DNA from: Octopus vulgaris
Lineage: Eukaryota
Reading direction: 5' to 3'
Assembly (NCBI GenBank): GCA_951406725.2
Contig: OX597825.1
Location: forward strand, 64,418,001-64,482,000
DNA: 64,000 bases
The notes under the pieces are model-generated. The model saw nothing but the letters and a program-made list of their open reading frames with translations. It ran no database searches and had not been told where the DNA came from. The stretch's first letter is position 1. Each line of letters starts with the position of its first letter. Both the position numbers and the translations under genes were made by a program. Positions 53,938 through 64,000 of this stretch are shown here, one piece after another.

Positions 53938-54960
53938 AAAGGGTGCGATGCGTAAATTTTCGCGATTTTATATTCTTTATTTCGCGCATACGCGCTGTTT
54001 GTTCTTGATTTTGTCGATTATACAATATAGTAGGGTCAGTTGTACACTGCCTGTGAGAACAACAACACCATTACTCAATGTACTCGGCCATAAATTTGGA
54101 AACGACATACTAGATAGATAGATAGATAAACATGCATTCGCGAATATTTCAGAGTGCTTGGGTGTCAAATCGAGGACAGTGCAATCTGAGGACATGCACC
54201 GAGAGTGATAAATATCAAACATCCAGTCAACATCAATGTGTTTGGTGTGATCACAAATGATGGCGTCGTTATACCTCCATTTCTCTTTTGGCCTCAGACT
54301 CAACACGCAGGCCTACATCAAGTGCCTGGAGAAAGTAGTGCTGCCCTGGATCAACAGGGTGACTGCTGGTGGAATATATGTCTGACAAATATATGTCTGA
54401 CAAATAAGGCGGCGAGCTGGCAGAAACGGTAGCACGCCGGACGAAATGCGAAGCCGTATTTCGTCTGCAGTTACGTTCTGAGTTCAAATTCCGCCGAGGT
54501 CGACTTTGCCTTTCATCCTTTCGGGGTCGATAAATTAAGTACCAGTTACGCACTGGGGTCGATGGAATCGACTTAATCGCTTTGTCTGTCCTTATTTGTC
54601 CCCTCTGTGTTTAGCTCCTTGTGGGTAGTAAAGAAATATATATATGTCTGACAACAGGACCCTGCACCATGCCACACAAACAAGAGAACCCAGTCGTGGT
54701 TGTCAGGAAATTTCTGCAACCACGTCACCCCTAACATCTGGTGACCTAACTCCCCAGAATGCAACCTCCTTGATTATTATGCGTGGGGCAAAGTTGAACG
54801 AGAGACCATCAAAACTCCTTGTAACACCAAAGATGAAATGAAGTCATGGATTATGGCAGCATTCACCAACTTAAACATGAAGGCCGTTCCGAAGTTTTCT
54901 GGAAGCCGTGGTTGAAGCCAATGTCGATTTTAGTGCATAAATATATTCTTTAGTTTTTGT
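53938..54960 (+). mobile_element. maT (DD37D) transposon remnant interrupted by a SINE
   Basis: KHPVNINVFGVITNDG..., AYIKCLEKVVLPWI and YV*QQDPAPCHTNKRTQSWL...IW*PNSPECNLLDYYAWG; 37 residues counted between the second and third catalytic D. Confidence 0.85.
54407..54640 (+). mobile_element. SINE family D (Meta/Sauria-like central domain), full length
   Basis: GGCGGCGAGCTGGCAGAA...GAGTTCAAATTCC...GGTCGACTTTGCCTTTCATCCTTTCGGGGTCGATAAATTAAGTACCAG; flanked by ATATATGTCTGACAA repeats. Confidence 0.9.
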
Positions 54961-55102
54961 GTCTGATTTTTGTGTGATTCCGTTTAATTATGGGTAGGTT
55001 TGTGTGCGGGTTTGGGTGCGTATATTACTGGGCAGTTTTTCCGCGTGTAAAGTAGTTTTTGACAATGTTGCACTTTTATACGCGGTGGCATTCCGTATAT
55101 TT

Positions 55103-55478
55103 ACTCTTATACTTGTTTCAGTCATTTGACTGCCGCCATGCTGGAGCACCGCCTTTAGTCGAACAAATCGACCCCGGTACTTATTCTTTGCAAGCCCAGT
55201 ACTTATTCTATCGGTCTCTTTTGCCGAACCGCTAAGTGACGGGGACGTCAGCACACCAGCATCGGTTGTCAAGCAATGCTAGGGGGACAAACACAGACAC
55301 ACAAACACAAACACACACATATATATACATATATACATATATACGACAGGCTTCTTTCAGTTTCCATCTACCAAATCCACTCACAAGGCATTGGTCGGCC
55401 AGGGGCTATAGCAGAAGACACTTGCTCAAGATGCCACGCAGTGGGACTGAACCCGGAACCATGTGTTTGGTAAGCAAG
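55103..55478 (-). mobile_element. SINE family A, 5'-clipped
   Basis: Reverse complement of 52561-52975. Confidence 0.9.
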
Positions 55479-56399
55479 ATCACATTATGAGGTACAAAAC
55501 GAATTATATACACCCATCCTCTTTTTTACACATAGACATTCACACATATTCACATGGTGAAATTTAATACTGTAAAATTTCTATACGAGAGGTAATTATC
55601 CAGTTTACATTAGATTTAGCCACATATTTCGGAACAATTTATAAACAAACACTGAACTATTAACACATATTTATTCAAGTGAAATTATAACTATACTCTT
55701 ACTTCATAATCTTTCTGCTTAAACAAAATTGTCGTTCCTTTTATTACAAGAATTGAAAAGACAACATGTTTCAGATACCCTTAAATTTTGTGATAAATCC
55801 ACAAGTGTATGTCACGTCAAAGTGTTTAAACCATTATTCCTTATCTTTGATAAACTAAGCGATTTTCTGCACACATTTTGGATAAAAACTAAGAAATATT
55901 ATTCTGTTGCTTGCTTTGTAAGCATTGGTGCTACGTTAATATTTACATATCTGCGCATTATCGAATTATATGAAAAATATCTCTATTCACGTTATGAAAC
56001 ACTATGTATTACAGCAATCTCTATTTCAATACCATTATTCAAAAGGGCGGTAATCTCTGACACGCAGCGAAAGTTTGTAAAATTAGAGACTAAAAATATC
56101 CAAACAGGAAGTTTTCCACTTATACGTAATAATATGAACTTCATGTTTTGCGAACATAAAACTGTAGTCTCGAAGAAAAAAAAAACAGGTATTTGTCATA
56201 AGTAATTATGATGGTGATGTGTTGTTGGATGAGAAGGATCTTGGATAGAGTTTTAAGACAAAAACAGGGTGTTTGAACACCACAGTGATGTTCTAATACA
56301 ATATACAGAACGCAACACTTGAGTTCATTTGGATGCCCTTCTTCCCGCTCAACGCATAAATAATGCAGAGCATTGCTGGGTGCACTAGGTTACAATAAG

Positions 56400-56525
56400 G
56401 TCTTAACGTTCTGAGTTCAAATTCCCCAGCGGATGATTTCGCGTTCATCATACTGCGGTAGATTAAACAAATACCAGTTGAACATTGGGGTTGATATAAT
56501 CGTCTTACCCATCCCCGAAATTTGA
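56400..56525 (+). mobile_element. SINE family D fragment
   Basis: ACGTTCTGAGTTCAAATTCC...TACCAGTTGAACATTGGGGTTGAT. Confidence 0.55.
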
Positions 56526-56804
56526 AAGAAATATTTGAAGATACTGTGAAACAACGGTTTAAATAATGTTGTGTCGGACATAGTGATTTTAAAATATATG
56601 TAGTAGATAGATGATCTCCCGTGGCAAAACAACATAACTTATCATTTTGGCAGAATCGATAGAGTTTCAAATATTATTTCTTTAAGCACTTTACATTCTG
56701 CTTTCAGATCCTATCGAGGTTAACATTACATACAATCCCTTCAATTTCGATAAAAGAAAGTGACAGTGAAATACTGAGGTGAGGTCAATATAATCATGTA
56801 CAAA

Positions 56805-57030
56805 AGCGGTGATCCGGCAGGAACGTTAGCACGCCGGGCGTAATGCTTAGCGTTATTTCGTCTGTCTTTACATCCTGAGTTCCAATTCCGCCGAGGTCGA
56901 CTTTGCTTTTCACCCTTTCGGAGTCGATAAATTAAGTACTAGTTGTGTACAGGGGTCGATCTAATCGACTGCCCCCCCCCCCCCACCTTCCACAAAACTT
57001 CCGGGCCTTGTGGCTAGAGTAGAAAAAAAT
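56805..57030 (+). mobile_element. SINE family D, alternative tail
   Basis: Same head and core as 54407, with tail GGCCTTGTGGCTAGAGTAGAAAA. Confidence 0.8.
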
Positions 57031-58476
57031 ATAATCAAGTATCTAAAGGAGAAATAATTATTTCTGTGCGTTATGATTTCCCTGCACAATTGTGCAGAAT
57101 TTATTGCATTAGATGTCCCTCCATTGCTATATTTTGTTTTGGTGCGCTGATTATGCATTTTCCAGCGTGTTTTTAATTATTCCCAAGATAGCTATAAAAT
57201 ATTTCTGCCATAATTCAGCTTATTTGTCTCACGGTTATTTCAAGCCACTCATATTTAAATAATTTCCCCATTTTCCTCAGATCTAAACATTTATTAATTT
57301 TTTTTATTTTTTTTTATTTTTTGCAATAATTAGTAGGTACCTCTTTTCCCGAAAGTGCTTCAGATCAATAGAGTCACGAGCCCCCACAGAGCCGCTTCAA
57401 GCGTCCAATCTAGCGAATAAATGTTTCAGCTGACTAATGCACTCTATCTTGGCTAAAGCCGGAATCGCAAGATAAATATGGTTGTATCTTTATAATTTCT
57501 ACAGATTCTCTTCTTACTCAAGGTATTCTACTTCAGAACACCACTCTAGCTGTTTCTCTTAGGAATGAGTGGATGTTGCCTTGCTATAATGGATACACAT
57601 GTTTTGGATTCCAGCCTGTTTTGGATTCCAGAACATGATATAAATATGTTTCTTATATTTTCTCTCCCTTTTTCTTTTCATCATGCAGTGATTTTCATCG
57701 CTCTACGCATTGTATTCAGCACACTGATTCCTTATTGTTTCTTTGTTTCAAATTTCTTCTGTTGTTCCTTCATTTTTTTCTCACAATTGTCTGTCATTTC
57801 AACATGTTTTACTCGATTTGTATTTGTTGTTTTCGTTGTAAACAGAAATGAGTTGTTTCGGTTTGGTTCTTGTAATAGTAGTTCATTATTAGTATCCAGA
57901 CACTTTTATAGTTCTAGAATAAATATTTTATAATAGATTTTAGTCGCTTACGTCTCCTATCTCCATATAATGATGGCAAATATAATCTTTCTCTAAAATA
58001 TTTTGTGTATTGTATTATAGATTCAATCATTATTTTGTAGATAGAGCGGAAAAGTAAAGAGGAGAGGTGTCCGGTTGGAATATTCTCTGCTAATAGAGAT
58101 AGTGATATATATTTTTTATTTTTGTCTCTATCTGTAGAATTGTTTGTCATTTATACATGCTTAATGTATCTGTTTTTTTTTTATTCTTTATAGTTACTGT
58201 CTAAGATTTATTATTAATATTTCCAGTATCCAAATCCGTCTCCACTTATTAGGGCAGGGCAGGTGATTGTTGCCCTTCCAGGTAGCTAGGCGAAAGGGAC
58301 TGAATGGTTGACGAAATGTGAAGGACGACAAACAAACGTCCTCTTTGCTCAATCCATCGTTGATCTTTTTTTCAAGTTCTTCCTAGAATGGAAGGTTCGT
58401 TTTGGTAAGAGATGTGATTCCCAGTAAATTTTGAAAGGATAACTACTGAAGCTACACTGCGTAGGCGTGGCTCTAT

Positions 58477-58790
58477 GCGTGGCTGTGTGGTAAGAAGCTG
58501 GCTTTCCAACCACATCCTTCGCGGTTCATTCCCCCGTCGTAGCATATTGGGCAAGTGTTTTCTAAGGTAGTCTTGTAAGTGGATTGCCTAGACGGAAGCT
58601 CAAAGAAGCTCGTGGTGTGTGTGTGTGTATGTTTCTGTAAGTGTTGTCCTCCACCACCGCTTGACAATCGGTGTTGGTGTGTTTTGAACCACACCCCCAT
58701 AACTTAGCTTTCCAGCAAAGCAGATCAATAGAATATGTTCCAGGGTTCAAAGTATTAAGATCGATTCATTCGACTACAAATTCTTCAATG
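58477..58790 (+). mobile_element. SINE family A, old degenerate copy
   Basis: GCGTGGCTGTGTGGTAAGAAGCT...TTGGGCAAGTG...GCTTGACAATCGGTGTTGGTGTG. Confidence 0.7.
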
Positions 58791-59704
58791 AAAAATTAAA
58801 AGATATTTATAAGGCTGGGATTGTGGAAATGTCTTTCCATATTTTTATCATTACCAAAACATCTTTCTTAAATTACGCCATATGGGATTAATTCTTTTTT
58901 CGGATTCTACTTCCGGATATTTTATTTCCGGATCTTTATATTCAGATTATTGTGGTTGTTGTTGTTGTTGTTTTTGGTCGTGTTTTTAAATCCCAGTATG
59001 TTTATGTTTTGTTTTCTTCATTACACGATTAACTTTTGTTTATTTGTATGTTGTTTCCGAGTCGCCCAGGACGATATTGGTCTTATCACCTGTTTAGGTT
59101 GCTCGCTCTAAAGGGCAAAACCTTTGGAATGAAATAGTTCTTTTCGAAACATAAAAATGTCCAACATGGCATCCTCTTCGTCGCCAAGCTAAGAAGCAAG
59201 GAAGGAAAATAAGAAGACTTTGAAGGCCAAATTGTTTTCCGCCGTAACTTTCTCGCCCGCAAATTTCCAAATACATATGAAAATATTAACAGTAACATCA
59301 ATAGCAACAACAATAACAATAAAAACACGAACAACAGTAATGGCAGCGGCTTGAACAATGGCATATTTAGTAATAAAACAGAAGAAACAGGCTGCAGCTG
59401 CAAATCATGCAATGTGAACACCGCTACAAGAACCATCCGTTTACAAATATGAATCGCTAATAGCAATAAAAATGAGGATAAGAACAGAACCAACAGGTTC
59501 CAAATTCTCACAAAGTCTTTCTTTTACAAAAAACAAGCAACGTATTACGTGTGATACCATTTGAAAATATATAAATGCATGTGTGCCGAAAGTAACAATG
59601 AAAGGCCTACATTAAATGTAAAACAAAACCTTTTAGACGAAAGAAATGTTGTATACAAAAAGGAACTGGATGGAATGAGTGAGTTCAAACAAAGCCGAGG
59701 GGTT

Positions 59705-60300
59705 CTCTTCCACCCTTACCCTGGAAGCACGCCTTCTAAGGTAAGTAGGTTGACGTATTACCTCGCCCGTTTACAGAGAGGCTACAGAATGTTGCCTGGC
59801 CTTTTCTTTGGATGCAAATCGCACCTCCACAGTTGCGTATTTCCTCCCTCTGGAAAGGTAGGTGACATCCTGCAAGATGGGTCTCAATGCCTTCTCTATT
59901 TTTAGTTTTGTCACTATCACCATTCTCTTTGCACCCAGACTATACGTTCTATATATTATTGTCTTTTTTGTGTGTCTTTTGTAACTTCACTAGGTGGGGT
60001 CGCTTTTATTTCTAGGCCCTCACTGCACAGGATTTCCCTGTACTTGTTCAACTCCACCTTCTTAAAACAAATCTCTTGTTTCACCAACAGCAGCTGCAAA
60101 ATTCATTTTCTTTTTCCAACTATTTCTTTTGTCTTCTGGTCTGCAATATCCAAACTTCTCACTAATTATTCTACAGACGTAAAGACGTCTGAAAAATTCA
60201 TATCTTCATACATCAGGAAGACACAAGTAATGCGCTTCCCCCTTCAGACAAGGGAGATAGCGGTAACAAAACTGCCGTAGGGCAGCAAAAATAAGTGTCT
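59705..60300 (-). mobile_element. Tx1/L1-like LINE 5' region with ORF1 (RRM-like) remnant
   Basis: KKTIIYRTYSLGAKRMVIVTKLKIEKALRPILQDVTYLSRGRKYATVEVRFASKEKARQHSVASL*TGEVIRQPTYLRRRASRVRV; RRM-like VEVRF...E.A pattern with one internal stop. Confidence 0.5.
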
Positions 60301-60717
60301 CAAGACACAGCAATTAATAACAACTATAATTCCAATTCAACAATCCTTCACTAACTTCTCTAACGACGCACAAACAAAATTCACGTTGTCGGTCCACATG
60401 ATTGTAACAACGTTGAAAAACATAATTTATTGATGCTTTTGGGCAAGTCTATGTCTTTATTATCAGACAATTGCAAAAAGTGCTTTAAAAGAATTCAAGA
60501 CTCTGCAAAAATTCGCTACAAATTCTTCGTGGTTCAACACCTTCCTTACTTTTTACTGAACCTGATATATTTAGTTCTAATACTAGATTATTAGTATCGC
60601 TATGTCAAAGTGAAATATTAATGTATGTGTGTACCTAGCTATGCTAATAGATATATGTACACATATATATGAATATGTATATGTGTGTATGTATATAAAT
60701 ACATATATATGTAAATT

Positions 60718-60775
<58 letters not shown>

Positions 60776-62055
60776 TATATATCTACATATATAAATAACA
60801 TATATCATATAGTTACAATATTTACATATATCATATGTGTATACTATATATATACCTTCCTCTTTGTATTCCTGTATGCATCTGTCTATCTTCCATTTTC
60901 TATATTATTTCACACTGACTTGTTGATACGTATGTTCGACAAGTCCATGTCAGATTAAAATATGGCATATTATATTTATTCGCCTGGAAATCATCATAGA
61001 GCGAAAGATTTCGAAAATGTATCTCTTTCAATATGTCACTGACTTGCAGGCTAAATAAATATAGAATCTCTAACCCAAATTTGACTTCTAATATTCTAGT
61101 GAACTGTAAATATCACGTAACAATATGCAAAGTAAATTATATAAGTCTACAATACAAGCTAAATATCCACATGTGTATAGAGAAAGACACACATACGCCG
61201 ATATGCTCACTATACACACTAAGCACATGTTGGGTGATTGTACATTCATAGGAGAACGTCTTTTTCGATTACATAAAACAAATTTTAATGTGATCGACTG
61301 TTCATCTTGAACTACATGTATTATGACACATAATTTATCACCCATTATAATTTATTTTCCTTTTGCTTCATATATTCATATATTTCTTAATGAATAATTT
61401 GTCTCGCTAAGGTTGTTTAGTGATTTATTGTTAAACAGCCAACATATGATGTGTGTGAGAGAATTTGGTTGTCGGAAAATGTATGGAGAACAATCAGAGT
61501 AACTACTGTTGTTTTCGAGTAGCAGATTTAGTCTGTCACCCGTTTACTCCTTTTCATAACCCCTTAGTTGTATACTAGAAATGTTCTGTTTTAAAGTGTT
61601 CTAAAATAAAACCTCCCCTATAAATTTCTTGGCATTTTATGTTCTAAAGTCCACCATAATACTGACAACCTTATCTTAATAAATACTTCATTATTTTCCA
61701 AATTAAATGAAACGAAAGCCTTATATTTCAACAGGTATACATTGAGTGATAGAAAAGTTAAGTACCACGTGGATATTGAATGTATTTGGCTGAGCTTAAT
61801 CTGATGTAAGAATTCGAATCCGGTTTCCAGTCGGAGCTTAAATGCAGCTCATTCTCCGATAAGTGTTCGAAGACTAAAAAAAGGGCTGTGTATCATAAAC
61901 ATTTTAACCAGTGCTACGGAATATGTAAACTTCTACAAATATCTCTATTTCTCATTTTGTGCATTTCTTTCTCCTTCCTTCTCTCCTCCTTACTTTTTCA
62001 CTTTATAAGCACGTATATAGTTATGCATGATAATGGAGGTTTTTTTTTATTCCAT

Positions 62056-62056
62056 T

Positions 62057-62110
<54 letters not shown>

Positions 62111-62147
62111 CAGCAGCAGCAGTAGCAGCTGCAGCAGTAGCTGTAGC

Positions 62148-62179
<32 letters not shown>

Positions 62180-62243
62180 CAGCAGTAGCAGTAGCAGCAG
62201 CAGTAGTAGTAGTAGTAGTAGTAGTAGCAGCAGTAGCAGTAGC

Positions 62244-62281
<38 letters not shown>

Positions 62282-62297
62282 CAGCAGTAGCAGTAGC

Positions 62298-62335
<38 letters not shown>

Positions 62336-62363
62336 CAGCAGTAGTAGTAGTAGTAGTAGTAGT

Positions 62364-62398
<35 letters not shown>

Positions 62399-62504
62399 TA
62401 GTAGTAGCAGCAGTAGCAGTAGTAGAAGTAGTAGTAGTAGTAGTAGTAGCAGCAGTAGCAGTAGCAGAAGTAGTAGTAGTAGTAGTAGTAGCAGCAGCAG
62501 CAGC

Positions 62505-62536
<32 letters not shown>

Positions 62537-62591
62537 CAGTAGCAGTAGTAGAAGTAGTAGTAGTAGTAGTAGTAGCAGCAGTAGCAGTAGC

Positions 62592-62626
<35 letters not shown>

Positions 62627-62642
62627 CAGCAGTAGCAGCAGC

Positions 62643-62674
<32 letters not shown>

Positions 62675-62732
62675 CAGCAGTAGCAGTAGTAGAAGTAGTA
62701 GTAGTAGTAGTAGTAGCAGCAGTAGCAGTAGC

Positions 62733-62764
<32 letters not shown>

Positions 62765-62819
62765 CAGCAGCAGCAGTAGCAGCAGCAGTAGCAGTAGTAG
62801 TAGTAGTAGCAGCAGCAGC

Positions 62820-62881
<62 letters not shown>

Positions 62882-62939
62882 CAGCAGTAGAAGCAGCAGT
62901 AGTAGCAGCAGTAGCATCAGCAGTAGTAGCATCAGCAGC

Positions 62940-62971
<32 letters not shown>
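62056..62971. repeat. ~900 bp (GTA/GCA/GAA)n trinucleotide array with higher-order units
   Basis: Recurrent unit GCAGCAGTAGCAGTAG(C/T)AGAAGTA(GTA)n. Confidence 0.95.
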
Positions 62972-62975
<4 letters not shown>

Positions 62976-63052
62976 TCTCGCCCTCGTTCTCGTTAATCTG
63001 CAGCTTCAGCTTAATCGAGGATTACATGCTCAGAAACGCATCAGCCACATTC

Positions 63053-63232
63053 TTTTATTTGTTTCAGTCATTTGACAGCGGCCATGCTAGAGCACCGCCT
63101 TTAGTCGAACAAATCAACCCCAGGACATTTTTTGTAAGCCTGTTACTTATTCTATTGGTTTCTTTTGCCGAACCGTAAACGCACCAGTATCGGTTGCCAA
63201 GTGAAGGTGGGTGGGTGGGGGCAAACACTGAC

Positions 63233-63294
<62 letters not shown>

Positions 63295-63431
63295 CTGTGT
63301 GTGTGTGTGGAGGCGCAATGGCCCAGTGGTTAGGGCAGCGGACTTGCACGTTAATTTCACGAGCAGGCTGTTCCGTTGATCGGATCAACCGGAACCCTCG
63401 TCGTCGTAAGTGCTTCCTTATATATATATAC

Positions 63432-63476
<45 letters not shown>

Positions 63477-63549
63477 ACGAACTTCTTTCAGTTTCCGGAA
63501 CCATGTAGATGGTAAGAAAACTTCTTGACACACAGCCACGCCTGCGCCT
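63053..63549 (-). mobile_element. SINE family A with a nested, internally deleted family B SINE (+, 63309-63417)
   Basis: Family A tail at 63053-63235 and head at 63475-63549. A B head (GGCGCAATGGCCCAGTGG) fused directly to a B tail (TGCACGTTAATTTCACGAGC) sits in the central microsatellite. Confidence 0.8.
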
Positions 63550-64000
63550 TGACACTTTCTACATGTTTCATCGCATAGTTTATCTTGGATTACATTATCC
63601 AAGATGATCATCACGTCATACGAGCTCTGCACTTAATTCTTTCAAATGCCATGTAAAATAAATATTATCGTAGAAAAATCAAGGGTACCTCTAACATTGT
63701 CACAGGTACAGCCAGAGGTAACTACAAAATCTCCTTAAATCACGCACTGATTTATGAGAATAGAGAGGGTACTGAGTAGAAAATAGCCCTATGTCTATTG
63801 AGTCAGTTAAATCAGCACTGATTATACATCTTCTTCATTGGTACTTTACCGAATATAGAGAAAAACCGCAAGATTGTTATTCACTGATCCTATAATATAT
63901 GACTATATCTTAATACCAGGACTTTATTCTCATTCGAGACGGAGGCCTCGGGCTGGAAGTGGCCTCTTGACAGGCCCCGCCCCAGATGTCTTGACGTGAT

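Noticed and set aside
55729-56205. 158-aa ORF
   Set aside because: TTG start, AT-driven composition, no motif and no clear exon boundaries.
57400-58400. Possible additional LINE ORF1 remnant on the minus strand
   Set aside because: Purine-rich bias is suggestive, but no motif could be read with confidence.
61888-63075. 395-aa Val/Ala-rich ORF and antisense 303-aa poly-Leu ORF
   Set aside because: Both are translations of a trinucleotide array with no domain content.
63930-64000. GC-rich stretch with a GC box (CCCCGCCCC) and TGACGT as a promoter
   Set aside because: Truncated by the window edge; too little context.

Overview
AT-rich, microsatellite-dense eukaryotic non-coding DNA (intronic or intergenic). 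The repeat content (several tRNA-derived SINE families, Penelope-like, R4/Dong-like, RTE and Tx1-like LINE remnants, Tc1/mariner/maT fossils, TTAGGG repeats) resembles a coleoid cephalopod such as Octopus; this is an inference. No intact host gene is supported, and nearly all long ORFs in the track are simple-repeat artefacts. The only long real reading frame is the C-terminal half of a Penelope-like RT-linker/GIY-YIG protein (8778-9518), flanked by inverted pLTRs. The most notable signal is a set of minimal hammerhead ribozyme (HHR) motifs from at least four unrelated repeat families, some with non-canonical cores. One family is a short element combining a Pol III tRNA-like head, a palindromic 5' end, an (AAT)n spacer and an HHR, found in inverted and tandem copies. 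Also present: a fully palindromic MITE carrying telomeric repeats, head/tail module swapping among SINEs, and a speculative minus-strand exon chain.
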